A stretch of 64,000 bases of DNA from positions 1 through 64,000 of the forward strand of contig NIVC01001668.1 of assembly GCA_002269645.1 (NCBI GenBank), given 5' to 3'. The notes beneath the pieces are model-generated. The model ran no database searches and had not been told where the DNA came from. It was given only the letters and a program-made list of their open reading frames with translations. Source of the DNA: Macrostomum lignano. Its lineage: Eukaryota. Position 1 is the stretch's first letter, and every line of letters begins with the position of its first letter. Positions 12,566-25,908 of the stretch are shown piece after piece. Position numbers and translations under genes: made by a program.

Positions 12566-12838
12566 CTCTAAAACGACGAGATGTAAAAAAGTCGTCCGAG
12601 CGTGTCTGAGGCGTGCCAGAGTCGCTGTACGTAAAATCACTGAGTTTGCGTCTAAAGCGCATCTTCATCACTTTATGAATTCGAACTCCATGTAGTCTAC
12701 TTGAGTTAGCAGAAAGTTTAAGCGCTGACACAACGATTGTTGGGTGACTTAACGCTTTGATTCATCCCCAGATAGTCACCAAATGAGGTGTTAGCAATGA
12801 CTCATTTAGCGATTGTCGTACCAACTTGTTTGCCTTAC

Positions 12839-12995
12839 CTGAGCTTGACATTGACGCCAAAATAGCTCTCGTATGGTTTCTCAACGCTGACAAATTCGAA
12901 CTCCAGACAGCAGCTCTGAGTTAGAATGCCCGGCCTAGCCAGCTCCCTAGCCATAGACAGAAACTCGTGCTGGCTGCTACGATCGGAAAATTGCT
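12839..12995 (-). CDS. VPS26: VPS26 exon 3
   Basis: Encodes HEFLSMARELARPG...EKPYESYFGVNVKLR; CAG acceptor and GTAAGG donor, phases 1 and 2 consistent with neighbours. Confidence 0.9.
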
Positions 12996-13140
12996 CTGCG
13001 CGTTGTGTGAAACAGATTATATTACTATTAGTAAGACTAAATGCGAGTTGAAATTTTAAAAACTTACAAGAAACAATCGGATGAATTAAGAAAATTTCGA
13101 CCCAAATTTCAATAAGTTTAATGCGTTTGGTAAAATTATC

Positions 13141-13440
13141 CTAGTGGTCTAGTGCGGCGCTCTGGTGTACCAGCGGCCCAAGCTCGATTCAGATTAACGC
13201 CATTGAGGGGCCGAGGGCCAACCCCCAAGGCACAATGAAGTGTACATCCGGTAACATGCCTAACGATAAATAAAGTCACGGCAGCTGTGCACTCCTGTGT
13301 GTGTGTGTGCCTGTGCTTATGACTGCATGTGTGCCTGCTCAGGGGAGTCGGCGGAATGGGCAGCGATATGCCTCACGCTGGTTGTGTGACAATGTCGCTT
13401 AAAGTGCGCCAGGGTGCACACAACCCCCTGCCTCTAATAA
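13141..13440 (+). mobile_element. tRNA-derived SINE, copy 2 (slightly 5'-truncated)
   Basis: Shares body and 3' end (gctcaggggagtcggcggaatgggcag ... cacacaaccccctgcctctaataa) with copy 1. Confidence 0.8.
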
Positions 13441-13577
13441 GAGAAATAAAGAGATAAGATGAGAGGGGAGAGGAAAGAAGAGAGTTGAAGAGACATAGAC
13501 CGTGAGCAGGCTGGATAGAGAGGCTGCAAATGAAAGAGTATATATACTACATAAACAATAAATAACAACATTCTCAC

Positions 13578-13788
13578 CAATAAGTCCAAGCAGTTCAACC
13601 CTAATTCCATAGTGCTCCATCTTGCTCTGCTTCAATCGAATGTTAACCTTGCCGCTGACTGCTTCGCCATCAAAGTACACTGGGCAGGCCTCTTTTTTGC
13701 CACTATCCAGCAGAACGTCACCTTTTTGCCGGTCATCAGAGCCATCCAGATGGATTTCCAGGTCGGCACTCGGGCCGAAGAGAAAGTT
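13578..13788 (-). CDS. VPS26: VPS26 exon 2
   Basis: NFLFGPSADLEI...YFDGEAVSGKVNI...MEHYGIRVELLG; CAG acceptor at 13791-13789, GTGAG donor at 13577. Confidence 0.9.
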
Positions 13789-15949
13789 CTGTTTATTGTT
13801 TTTCATATATTAACAATGGATATGCGGCCAAGTGTTTAGCTAGCAGGTCAAATGATTACCACATTGGTTACTGTTCTGTTCTTCCTACTGAAATATATGA
13901 GCTCATACATAAAAATGATCAATTTTCTAATATATTTGCACATAGCTAGATTGAATAGGCTAAGTCAAGAATTGTAAATGCATGACTATGCAAAGTATAT
14001 TATCAAATGGGTTAAAGTCAAACAATTAGTTTGTATTAATTTCATGTCTTGATGTCTACAGTGTTTTATTCAAGTATATCACAGGTTATTTTGTTGAATC
14101 TTATCTAGATCTTAACTTTTGAAAAGAAAAAAGAAAATTTTTGTTAGACTATATCACTTTTTTCATATGGCATATAAGAGTGGAGATAAGACAATACCAA
14201 TGCATCTTTACTATATCATTAAAATACATTAATGTTTGACATCAGGCCAAAAAATTTGTCATGCCAGTTTCACACTATAAATTCAAATTTAGGGTGCCAA
14301 ATAAAATTTTGAGGTGCCAGGGTAACCATTTGGCACAAAAAACCTAGTTTAGCAGATTCTTTATGTTGTGCTGTGCACAGCCATTGTATACCACAAAATT
14401 ATTTATATATAATTATATATAATATAAAGTATAAGAGTAACTAAAAATATAAATCATGCCATTTCTATAACTTTTTAAACAAAAATATGTATGTTTGTTT
14501 TAGTTCACTTAGCCTGACTTAGGTCTATCCTATAGGCCAGGTGTGGATCCAGAAAATTTTGAATGGGGGCTGTGAATGAATGCCCTTTCTCCTCTTTTCC
14601 CTGGATTGAATTTAGCAATAGTTAGACAGTTTCTTGCTACTTGGACATGCTACCAGAAGTATTGTTGAAGTATATTCCTCATAGTAAGAAAATGATATTT
14701 TGCAATTGTAAAAAGTGCACATTTAATTATTTTTCAACTTATCTGTATGTCTATCTATCTATTATTGATTTTTTCAAGAAATGTCGAGCTAATTTTTTCA
14801 AATTACCTTTAAAAAATTTCTAATTTGTGGAGAGGATGCATAACTTTTTTTATAAAAAATTCAAATATGAAGTTGTTCAAACATTTAAAAAAAAGATTTT
14901 TTATTGCTTTTAATAGATGCTCTGTTTCTAAATTTAATAATGTTTAGTTCAACCATTTCGGCCTCTCTTTGGCCAATGGACAGTGTAGGATATATATTCA
15001 AAACAAAGCTAAAGGAGTTTTATGACCTTTCATGCAGTGGGCTTGCAATTTGTGGGGTTGGTTGAATTTCATAAGCTCAGACAGTGCCATAAGCTCACTC
15101 AGACCAGAAGTTAGTTATAGTTTAGTCCAATCACTCAGTCTAGATTGACCAGTAGATTAATACATGCGCTAATAGAAGATATATATATGCTACTAGAAGT
15201 ACAACATCTATAAAAATACAAGTATTATAGGAACTATTAGTACAACTTTGGAGACTTAATGGAGATTTTAATAAAGAGAAGTTTAGCCATGTGACAACTT
15301 AGTGGCAGTTTATAAGATTATATTAGAGACAGAAATAACCCTTACATCTCTTTCAATGTTTGAATTTTTTATTTGAATGCCTACCATTGGGGGCTTAGTG
15401 TCATAATATGAGCTATATTTACTATTTAGCAACATTGAAAAGTCATAGTTGCTATCACAGAAGATTATATCTATAGCTGCCCTTTTTGAAGATGCAGGTA
15501 AAGTCTATCTATCTTTGCAAGTGATACAACTTGCTATATTGTGGCAAGCTTGAGTTGAGAAATAAAGTGGGGCCGAGTGGATACAGTGTACAATATAAGG
15601 CCATAGTTTGGATCATATATTAGTGTATACCTGGTTAAATGCTAGAAAAATGATGAGATCTTGTTTATATGCAATGCCAGGTTTATGCACCAATACAAAA
15701 AATGTGTCATTTGACACAATGTATCTGCTGTATCATGTATGCTAGGATATACCCTGATGTATGCAAAAAATGGTAAGACCCTTATTATACACTGGGAAAT
15801 CCTAGCATACATATTGCTTTCCAAACTATAGGTGAGGGTTTTGTTGGATGAATTAAAGCTACCTAATCAGTTTTTTATATCGTTTTTAGAATAGTCTAAG
15901 AGAAATTGCTTACTAGAATATAGAGTGATTACTTTTCAATGTTGCTAAG

Positions 15950-16343
15950 TAGAGGTTGGATGGGATCCCAATCCTGATCCCGAAATCTCAGGATCCAGAG
16001 GAAAATTGGATTCCCGTGGGACTAGAATCCTGACCCTAAAAAACACGAGAAATGGGAATAGGTCTTTTTTTTAAATTTATAGAATTAGTGATTACTTGAA
16101 TGTATTTTGTTTTACCTTGTACTCATTACATTATTAATTTGTTGGTTACAAAACTTTGCATCAATTTTGTTGTATTCTACTTTATGATGTTGACATTTTA
16201 GCTCAATTTTGTTTAACTTTATATAGACCTATAAGCTACAATACACTAAAAGACCTGATCCCGATTCCCGAATCCTGATCCCGAGAAAAAAATTATACCC
16301 GATCCCGATCCCACCCGAAGATTTCAATCCTGTCTGACCTCTA
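15950..16343. mobile_element. hAT-type MITE
   Basis: TAGAGGT...ACCTCTA termini; 8-bp TSD ttgctaag (15942-15949 and 16344-16351). Confidence 0.8.
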
Positions 16344-16379
16344 TTGCTAAGTATATACAAGCATACACATGTGCGACTT

Positions 16380-16530
16380 TGGGAATCACCTGGCCGTTTC
16401 TATTGGCAATGGCAACACATACATGTAGGTCACTATTGGCTAAGAGCAGTCATGTGACTACTATTCCGTCCAATAGCAACTTACTTGTATATTTTGCCAA
16501 TAGAAATGGCCAAGTGAATCTCAAGGTTGT
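16380..16530. repeat. Palindromic dispersed repeat (related partial copy at about 17530-17600)
   Basis: ggccgtttctattggcaa ... ttgccaatagaaatggcc arms; core repeated near 17540. Confidence 0.6.
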
Positions 16531-16799
16531 GCCCAAGCATGTATAAGCAATACAAATTTTCATGCTTTCAATGTTTGATTTTTGAATTTTAATGCCCCTA
16601 TGAGGACTCTTTGAGGCCATAATAAGCTAGTTATAACTAAACTAAACTTGTATTGTTAAATGTTTCATATTATAATAAATATGCTTTCATGTTCATTTAA
16701 GTTGAAAAAATAATGAAACAAGCTGCTTTATAATTGCCAAATATTTTCCCTAATTCTAAGAAATTCCTAGTCTCTTAGAACAAATTTAGTAATAGTTAA

Positions 16800-17245
16800 G
16801 GCAGTTGTTATTTGTCCAGTGACCGGACGAATAGTGATGTGATTATTTGTCCAGTTACTTGATAATGGCCATGCTTTCCTATTTATCTGGTTAATACTAG
16901 ACAAATAGGCTTTTTATTATTTGTCCGGTTAAATTGATAATGCTAAAATATCTATTTTATAGAAACTACAAGGGTGAATATTCCTAGACTTCAAAGACTT
17001 CTTACTTGTATCTTGATTATTATGTTGTTATACTAGTGTATGTCTTATATGCCAAATTATGCCGAATTGAATACACTGCTTTCTTATGTACGTACACTAG
17101 TATACAACAAAAAAATATACATGAAAAGGTCTTAAAAATCTAGAATATTCATCACGAAACAAATAGCAATTTAAAAAATTAGCAATTTAACCGGACAAAT
17201 AATAAAAAGGCTATTTGTCCTGTCACCAGTCAAATAACAACTGCC
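16800..17245. mobile_element. MULE/Mutator-like (or Merlin-like) MITE
   Basis: TIR ggcagttgttatttg/caaataacaactgcc plus internal inverted blocks; 9-bp TSD aatagttaa (16791-16799 and 17246-17254). Confidence 0.8.
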
Positions 17246-18276
17246 AATAGTTAAAGCATACAAACAAACCTTAGAGATTTAGTATATTTGGATTATTCCC
17301 CCTAGTAGAACTTTTAGCTATCTTGCAGGATTATTCATTAAATTAACAAATTGACATGAAACTTTCCAAAAATGAATATTTTCATTATGCCAACATTTTA
17401 GAAGTGTTTAGAAGTGTCCATATTTGTTAGTTCAAGGACTAGGCAAACCTCTTGAGGTGGCACCATGCTTGGACGCAACCTAGGGATTTACCTAGGTTGA
17501 GAGTACTGAGAGTTAAGAGGGTTAAGAGTTGAGATAACTGGCTAAGAGTAGTCATGAGACTACTATTCTGTCCAATAGCAACTTATGTGTGTGTTGCCAA
17601 TAGAAACAGCCATGTCATTAAATTTCAATAAAATCGAAAATCAAATTTCGAAATCGAAATCGAAATTTGCTACTTTCAAAATCGAAATTGAAATCGAAAT
17701 TTTCCGAAATCGAAATTCAGAAAAACAAAGTTTAGTACAACCAACACTCACTTTTTGACTTTCGATTTACTGCTCATGCAAAACAAAATACATGTATGTT
17801 TAGCAGAAGTTAGTTTATTTTTAGCCACTAAATAAGTAGAATCCCTCATTGCCACTTTTAAATGCAAAAAAATTTTTCTACGCGAAAACTACATATACTT
17901 AGTTAGTTGTACATGTATAAAATTTACAGTTAAAATGTACATGTATGCATGTACATATATACACTGTAATATGCAAAAAATATGCAATATATCAGCAGAC
18001 GCTTTTGCAGCCTAAAGTGCAACAAAATTTATGAAAATTTATTTCCACAAACTACATATGTCCTACATGCATGGAACAGTTTTAACAAATTCAAATAGTT
18101 TTATATGTAAAAATCGTAATAATATCACCGATAAAAGACAGTAAAGAGTTCTAAAAAACGAAAATCAGGCAAAAATTTTGACTTCCAATTTTTTCCGAAA
18201 TCAAAATTCACTCTAAAAAAATCTGAATTTTGGAAAATCGAAATCGAAATCGAAATTTTGGAACATCTCTATTAGA

Positions 18277-19260
18277 CGTACCTTTTGGCGTGACGCCATG
18301 GTGTAAATCATAAAAACTGTAAAACTCATAAGAAAAATAAAAATTTAAAATTCCACGCAAACTATTCGTGTAAGTTTCTAAAAAAACTTAAACAAAAAAT
18401 ATGATGTTAACTAGTGCGTTGTATTTGGTGAGTGAAGCGGGTAAAGTAGAGGTGTTTATAATGTAGGCAAAAATGTATAACACGCAAAAAAGGTCATTTA
18501 TTGTCGTAAAGCCTAGAAAACCTGGCATAAGTTCCTAGGACCTTGGTGTACATTTCAGTATGAAGTGGTGTAGATTTTTTAGGGGGGACTTTTTATTCTG
18601 GCATATACCATGACATGATCCTAACTATGGCACCAGGGGCATGTGCCCCCCAGAAAATAAGTCCACATGGTAATTTTTAGTGCTTTTTCTGATTTTAGGT
18701 CTTATTTAGCAGCTTATAAAAGTACTTATGCCCCACTTGCCCTGTGCCCTCCTTAAATATTAGGCTCCACCACCCCCATAGTCAGGATGATATACATTAT
18801 GCCAGAAATTTCCGGCGTACAATTGAAAATTTTACTTTTTTGGCATACAATTAGCATAAAAAATGAGGCAAAATATATTTGGCGTACCTTTTGGTGTGAC
18901 GCCGTGGTGTAAATTTATAAATTATAAATTCTAAATAAATTATAAATTCATGATTTATAAAAATTTTAAATTCCACGCAAACTAATTGTGTAATTTTCTT
19001 AAAAAACTTAAACAAAAAATATGACGTTAACTAGAGCCTTGTATTTGGTGAGTGAAGCGGGTAAAGTAGAGGTGTTTATAAAGTAGGCAAAAATGTATAA
19101 CACACAAAAAAGGTCATTTATTGTTGCAAAGCCTAGAAAACCTGGCATAAGTTCCTAGGACCTTGGCGTACATTTCAGTATGAAGTGGCATAGATTTTTT
19201 AGGGGGGATTTTTATTCCGGCGTATACCATGACATGATCCTGACTATGGCGCCACCCCTG
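18277..19260. repeat. Direct duplication of a ~370-bp block (18277-18645 and 18883-19260)
   Basis: Both copies start cgtaccttttgg(c/t)gtgacgcc and are colinear to ...actatggc. Confidence 0.85.
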
Positions 19261-19700
19261 CTTAAAACCTCCCACAAATGGAATTTTAATGCCAAAACAC
19301 TTCTAATATGTTGGCATAATGAAAGTAATCATTTTTGGTAAGTTTCATGTCAATAGCTAAAAAATATGCAGACAGTGAATTTAATGAATGATTTTGATGG
19401 ATAGGCCTCTAGCCAAACTTTCAACTATAATGATTTGTTATAGCATTTAAGTAATTCAGATAATAATAGGGCCTAACCCCTACAGCTACAACAATATATA
19501 CATAACATTATGTACTTTACTACTAGCCTCCATAGTAGCTAGCCTGCCTCTAGCCAGCTGGTTTAGGCCTAACACATGTCTTGGCCTAGCCCAGCCCTAG
19601 CCATGGCTGTGCCTAATCCATGCCCCATGGCAATGAATAATTAAAACATTAGGCCTATTTTATGAACAATAAAAGGCCACATTACCAAAAGTTTACTTAC

Positions 19701-19706
19701 CATCAT
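19701..19706 (-). CDS. VPS26: VPS26 exon 1 coding part (ATG ATG only)
   Basis: aaaATGATG|GTAAGT on the minus strand; splices in phase 0 to NFLFG, giving MMNFLFG, comparable to the MSF..FG start of VPS26. Confidence 0.65.
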
Positions 19707-19709
19707 TTT

Positions 19710-20340
19710 GCCTCGTGGTATTACTGGTTGTATGAACTTGGAATGTAATTGATTGAAGCTTATTTAAAAACAGGAACTTATGAAAGTATTAGGGCCTAGG
19801 CCTACTGTTTTATAGTTAAAGATAGGCCCAAGTCAAGAGTTAGATTAAAATCAGTCGAACGAATTAGTCATTAGATGCCAGTTGGCCAGGGCAGTTAGAT
19901 TTAAGCGCCTTGATTAACAGTAATATGGTAGCGTAAGGTAGAAAGCAGGTGTGACTTGATTAATTAATGATTGAAACATGCATGAAATAGTACTATTGTT
20001 TTAATATATTCACCAAAAGTTCCGTAGAAACATCCTATAAAAGTAAAACACAGGTTAGTGATTTTTTTCTAAAATAAACATATCGTTTGCTTACGAGCTT
20101 TAAAATCATTGGAAAGCTTAATTTCTAAAAAGTAAATGAAGTAAATAGTTTCTATTAGTTTTATTCGATAATAAAATTTTCCACGAAAATTATCACAATA
20201 TTTTTATTGAATTAGATGCTCTCCGACATTTCCAGATTACGTACGTTTTTCAGATTTGTCAGCAGTATAGTTTTTGTGTTAGTTACTACATAATTCATTT
20301 TTGATTTGAATGAGGATAAACTTTCTGCTTTAACTGCAAT
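19710..20340. promoter_or_regulatory. Putative bidirectional promoter VPS26/Ras
   Basis: Inferred only from the head-to-head start codons at 19706 (-) and 20345/20351 (+). Confidence 0.5.
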
Positions 20341-20350
20341 TTGTATGACA

Positions 20351-20381
20351 ATGTCTGAATACAAAATTGTAGTTGTTGGTG
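20351..20381 (+). CDS. RAS: Ras GTPase exon 1 (MSEYKIVVVG)
   Basis: ATG, G1-loop start, GTAAGT donor at 20382; alternative ATG at 20345. Confidence 0.9.
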
Positions 20382-21229
20382 GTAAGTTATATCAATTCCT
20401 TGTTAGACTTTTACTGCTTTTTAGCTTTGCATCGACAGTAATGTTCTTTTTATAAATGAATGAACTTTATTTTTTATGTGAAATTAGATTCGATTTTACC
20501 TAAGGCAGTAAGCATAAAAGCAGACAGGAAATTTTCATGTTTTTATGAACTAGACCATGCTTTTTTGTTTGTTGCATAATATTCTAATGGGTTGACACTG
20601 ACTGTAATAAAGAAGTAATAACAATCAAATCTTAATTCTAAAGCTTTTTAAATGACATAAGGGAACATATTTTTTAATTTTTTTATTATGTTCAATAATT
20701 AGAATTAGAACTAAAATAGAATTATTAATTTGATTTATTAATAAATATTTATTTTCAATAATATTAAATAATTAAAATAAAAAATTATGTGACTTTATAA
20801 TAGAAAATATATTTTAGTTAAAATACTATTGCAATTATATCATATGCATTTAGGTAGGATGCAAGCATTTTAACTTATTTTCTTAGTATCTTGTGTTAGA
20901 CTTATTATGTTTGAATATAGCTAATTTGCTTGTATAGATATATTTTCCTAATCATGATACTTTGTATTAGAAAATATTTAATTAAATTTTATACCTAGGC
21001 CTAAAAACATTCATTTAAAATTTTAAAATATTTAAATTTAAACTTTGTATGACTGATTACTTACTAAACTATTTTTAGAAGAATAAATTTTGTTAAAGTT
21101 ATAACTTTATGTCAAATAAGTTTTAATTTTAACTTTCCTTTTTTGATTTCATGAGCGAAATTGAATTTTTAATCCATAGTTTATTTATGTTCATTCACTT
21201 AGTGCTATTATTCCCTAATTTGAATTTAA

Positions 21230-21400
<171 letters not shown>

Positions 21401-21539
21401 TAAGCAAAGTGCACGGTACTTTCACATTTTCAAATAAAAAAATGGAATTATAGCTTATTGGCTAAGAAGTTAATAATATATTGATAGTAAAAAAATGAAC
21501 TTTGACATCTGAAGAAATGGCACTTTGATTCCCTAGCAT

Positions 21540-22225
21540 AGGGGAGCACAAAAGTACCCTGAGCATAGAAGAGCGCAAAAGTACCCTGAGCATAGGGGAA
21601 TGCAGCAAAAGTCCCCTGAGTATAAGAGAAGGAGACAAAAGACCCCAGAGAATAGGGAAGGGCAAAAGTCCCCTAAGCATAGGTGAGGGCAAAAGTCCCC
21701 TAAGCATAGGTGAGGGCAAAAGTCCCCTAAGCATAGGTGAGGGCAAAAGTCCCCTAAGCATAGGTGAGGGCAAAAGTCCCCTAAGCATAGGTGAGGGCAA
21801 AAGTCCCCTAAGCATAGGTGAGGGCAAAAGTCCCCTAAGCATAGGTGAGGGCAAAAGTCCCCTAAGCATAGGTGAGGGCAAAAGTCCCCTAAGCATAGGT
21901 GAGGGCAAAAGTCCCCTAAGCATAGGTGAGGGCAAAAGTCCCCTAAGCATAGGTGAGGGCAAAAGTCCCCTAAGCATAGGTGAGGGCAAAAGTCCCCTAA
22001 GCATAGGTGAGGGCAAAAGTCCCCTAAGCATAGGTGAGGGCAAAAGTCCCCTAAGCATAGGTGAGGGCAAAAGTCCCCTAAGCATAGGTGAGGGCAAAAG
22101 TCCCCTAAGCATAGGTGAGGGCAAAAGTCCCCTAAGCATAGGTGAGGGCAAAAGTCCCCTAAGCATAGGTGAGGGCAAAAGTCCCCTAAGCATAGGTGAG
22201 GGCAAAAGTCCCCTGAGCATAGGTG
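21540..22225. repeat. Minisatellite, 27-bp unit (gggcaaaagtcccctaagcataggtga), Ras intron 2
   Basis: Highly homogeneous array. Confidence 0.95.
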
Positions 22226-22764
22226 GAGGGGTCAAATGGGGGTCACATCAAATTGTTCTACAAAGTGGTCTCACAAGCTACTTACTATCTGTAAGCTGTC
22301 AATGTTAAGTAAGCGTCTGTACTCAATAGTAATCAATCAGCGAGATGACTTTCGTGCATGCATTTTTTCCCATCAGATTTTCGATCATTTGTAATAATTT
22401 TTATCCTTAATTAGACTTATGCACTATAGAGACAGACTGACTGAGACTAATCAATTTTAGATTTACGGCCTTGTAAATGTATTACAAAATGTACTACAAA
22501 TACTGACAGGCTGAGCCAATTTTCTCTGACTGCTTGGATTAGTCAGTCTCCTTAACCTGTTCTTCTAGAATTTAGCAGGCTTAGGGTGAGTCTATTAACG
22601 AAAGCCAATGACGCATGTGCTCCGAAAGGGACTTTTGTGACGCTTGTGTTTGCACCTGTCGATAAAAATGACTAAAATGATAAATAGGAGATTTTGCGCA
22701 GGTGAACGCAACTCATGGCTTTTGTTGTTTGAAAATTGTTAGGAGTATAAGGGTAGAGGTAGAT

Positions 22765-23480
22765 GCATAGGAGAGATGCAGAGAGTGTAGGGAGAGATGC
22801 AGAGAGTGTCGGAAGAGATGCAGTGTCGGGAGAGATGCAGGGAGTGTCAGGAGAGATGCAGGGAGTGTCAGGAGAGATGCAGGGAGTGTCGGGAGAGATG
22901 CAGGGAGTGTCGGGAGAGATGCAGGGAGTGTCAGGAGAGATGCAGGGAGTGTGGGGGAGAGATGCAGGGAGTGTCGGGAGTGATGCAAAGTGTCAGGAGA
23001 GATGCAGGGAGTGTCGGGAGAGATGCAGGGAGTGTCGGGAGAGATGCAGTGAGTGTCGGGGAGAGATGCAGGGAGTGATGCAGTGTCAGGAGAGATGCAG
23101 GGAGTGTCGGGAGAGATGCAGGGAGTGTCGGGAGAGATGCAGGGAGTGTCGGGAGAGATGCAGGGAGTGTCGGAAGAGATGCAGGGAGTGTCGGGAGAGA
23201 TGCAGGGAGTGTCGGGAGATGCAGGGAGTGTCGGGAGAGATGCAGGGAGTGTCGGGAGAGATGCAGTGAGTGTCGGGGAGAGATGCAGGGAGTGATGCAG
23301 TGTCAGGAGAGATTCAGGGAGTGTCGGGAGAGATGCAGGGAGTGTCGGGAGAGATGCAGGGAGTGTCGGGAGAGATGCAGGGAGTGTCGGGAGAGATGCA
23401 GGGAGTGTCGGGAGAGATGCAGGGAGTGTCGGGAGAGATGCAGGGAATGTCGGGAGAGATGCAGGGAGTGTCGGGAGATG
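22765..23480. repeat. Minisatellite, 21-bp unit (gagagatgcagggagtgtcgg)
   Basis: Tandem array. Confidence 0.95.
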
Positions 23481-23914
23481 CAGGGCATGTTGCAGGAAGC
23501 TTGTGTAGCTATTTTTATATCTTAGGTTGCTCATTTGCTTTTTGCCTCAGCCATCCACTTTAAGGCTTGGCCCTCTGTGTGAGGATGAATATGCAAATGG
23601 GAATTTGTTGCCTCCCGCGGGCCAGCGCTAATTGCTTTTTTGCCTCGTTTTTTCATATGCTATTTCTGGCCGTTTAGAGTCCCAACTCCATTATGTCGGT
23701 TTTCAGCTTGTCTAGAATTTTCCCAAGGGAAAGAATTTTGTAATTTAGTTAGCCGGACACTAGCCCAGCTTTCATGTTCGGTAATATAATTGCTACATTT
23801 TTTTCAAACCACCTAGTCCCCGGCCCTGCCGGCTGCCCGGACATAGTCCTTCCATGCTAGCTGGCTGCGTAGTCCTCCCGGCGATGGACTTTTGATTGAG
23901 TCTTCTGGCCTCCC

Positions 23915-24255
23915 CAAATGCTCAGGGGTCTTTTGCCCCCGCCTATGCTCAGGGGTCTTTTGCCCTCCGCCTATGCTCAGGGGTCTTTTGCCCCCGCCTA
24001 TGCTCAGGGGTCTTTTGCCCCCGCCTATGCTCAGGGGTCTTTTGCCCCCGCCTATGCTCAGGGGTCTTTTGCCCCCGCCTATGCTCAGGGGTCTTTTGCC
24101 CCCGCCTCTGCTCAGGGGTCTTTTGCCCCCGCCTCTGCTCAGGGGTCTTTTGCCCCCGCCTCTGCTCAGGGGTCTTTTGCCCTCCACCTATGCTCAGGAG
24201 TCTTTTGCCCTCCGCCTATGCTCAGGGGTCTTTTGCCCTCCCCCTATGCTCAGTG
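23915..24255. repeat. Minisatellite, 27-bp unit, inverted relative of the 21540-22225 array
   Basis: Unit cctatgctcaggggtcttttgcccccg is a reverse-complement variant of the first array. Confidence 0.9.
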
Positions 24256-25064
24256 CTCAGGATTTGAATCGTCTCCATTTCCTGAAATGTTTTATCATTC
24301 ATTTTTATAGCAGAATTAAACCGGATTGACTGACTTCCAGTTAATCCGGTTTCTGCTACAATATACTATAGAAGCCTAAACGCAGACTGCCATGGAAAAG
24401 ACTACTACGTGCTCATGAGGTTGCTGCTGTTTGCTCCTGTCGTTTTTTTGTCAGTTTTAGACTGCCACTTCTATGAATACTAGGGAGGAAGGGGGAGAGA
24501 GGGAGAAGGGACTGCATGGTGACAAAAAATCCTTGGCCCTGGACCCTGGATTAGCATTTATCTGCAGTATACCTTACTGCATGTGTTTTGTACTTTTTTC
24601 TACAGTATTGGATTGCATTATTGCTATTTGCGAAGTCTCTCTCTCTCTCCCTTTCTGCTATTAGTCCTGTTACTCTGCTCCAGGGTCTCGGTGAATTAAT
24701 TGATTGATAGAATCAATTTATGGCTCTTAGCTCTTACATTTTTTCTTGTATCCCGGACATCATTCTGGATGCGGAATGTACTTTAGTAGTTATATTATCT
24801 CTTATCTATTGTTTCACTTTAAAAGTTCCCGGCTGTCGCGAGGGTGTTAATTAAGACAGTAGTACTACAGGTAGTTATATAAGCGTACCTATTGTTCTGT
24901 TGTCTTTTTGCAACAAAAAAGCTATTATATCGTAAGCTATTAGCTTCGTTGCTTTTAGAAGTAAAAATTATAACAGAGGGAAAAATTTGCATAAAAATTG
25001 ACGCGCAGAGGGCTGTTTAGGACGGAAAAATTGGCCCATAGTCGCCATTGCATTTGCTATGGAA

Positions 25065-25425
25065 TTCTCTGCTTTTCTTCCCTTGGAACTCTTGGGGCTG
25101 TTCTTTCCTGGGAACTCTTGGCTGTTCTTCCCTTGGAACTCTTGGCTGTTCTTCCCTGGGAACTCTTGGCTGTTTTTCCCTTGGAACTTTTGGCTGTTCT
25201 TCCCTGGGAACTCTTGGCTGTTCTTCCCTGGGAACTCTTGGCTGTTCTTCCCTTGGAACTCTTGGCTGTTCTTCCTTTGGAACGCCTGGCTGTTCTTCCT
25301 TTGGAACGCCTGGCTGTTCTTCCTTTGGAACTATTGGCTGTTCTATCTTCCCTGGGAACTCTCGGCTGTTCTTCCCTGGGAACTCTTGGCTGTTCTTCCC
25401 TTGGAACTCTTGGCTGTCTTGGAAC
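25065..25425. repeat. Minisatellite, 24-bp unit (tcttggctgttcttccctgggaac)
   Basis: Tandem array upstream of the Ras exon 3 acceptor. Confidence 0.9.
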
Positions 25426-25500
25426 TCCACTCTGTCCCCTCTCGAAACTTCACTCTGTCCGCTCTCGGAACTCCACTTTGTCCCCCCGCCCCCCCCGCAG

Positions 25501-25879
25501 CGCCATGCGAGACCAGTACATGCGCACTGGCGAAGGCTTTCTATGCGTGTTCGCCGTTAATAATCCAAAATCATTCGACGACATCGAGCAATACCGCGAA
25601 CAGATCAAACGCGTGAAAGACGCCGAAGAAGTGCCCCTAGTGCTGGTTGGCAACAAGACGGATTTACACGGTCGCACGGTGGACGTTCGCACAGCCAAGC
25701 ACCTGGCTGACGAGTTCGGCATTCCCTACGTTGAGACCAGCGCTAAGACGCGCCAAGGAGTCGACGACGCCTTCTATACTCTGGTGCGCGAGATTCGCAA
25801 ATTCAAAGAGCGCGGCGGCGATAAACGGCGCCGCGGCGGCAAAAGATCAAAGGCCCGGCTGAGGTGCAGTCTGATGTAA
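25501..25879 (+). CDS. RAS: Ras GTPase exon 3 (full protein 190 aa, CAAX = CSLM)
   Basis: [23 protein letters not shown], polybasic tail and CSLM-stop; total spliced CDS 573 nt is in frame. Confidence 0.97.
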
Positions 25880-25908
25880 ATTGTTTTTTATCGGACCTTC
25901 GTTGAACC

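Noticed and set aside
13789-13806. MKNNKQ as the VPS26 N-terminus
   Set aside because: It ends in a CAG acceptor; an upstream ATG micro-exon gives a better match to the family start.
21540-22225. Regular 20-33-bp arrays as CRISPR
   Set aside because: Units are head-to-tail with no unique spacers, there are no cas genes, and the context is eukaryotic.
24998-25500. Long N-terminal extension of Ras in ORF 24998-25879
   Set aside because: It is intron 2 minisatellite read-through; the real exon starts after the CAG at 25500.
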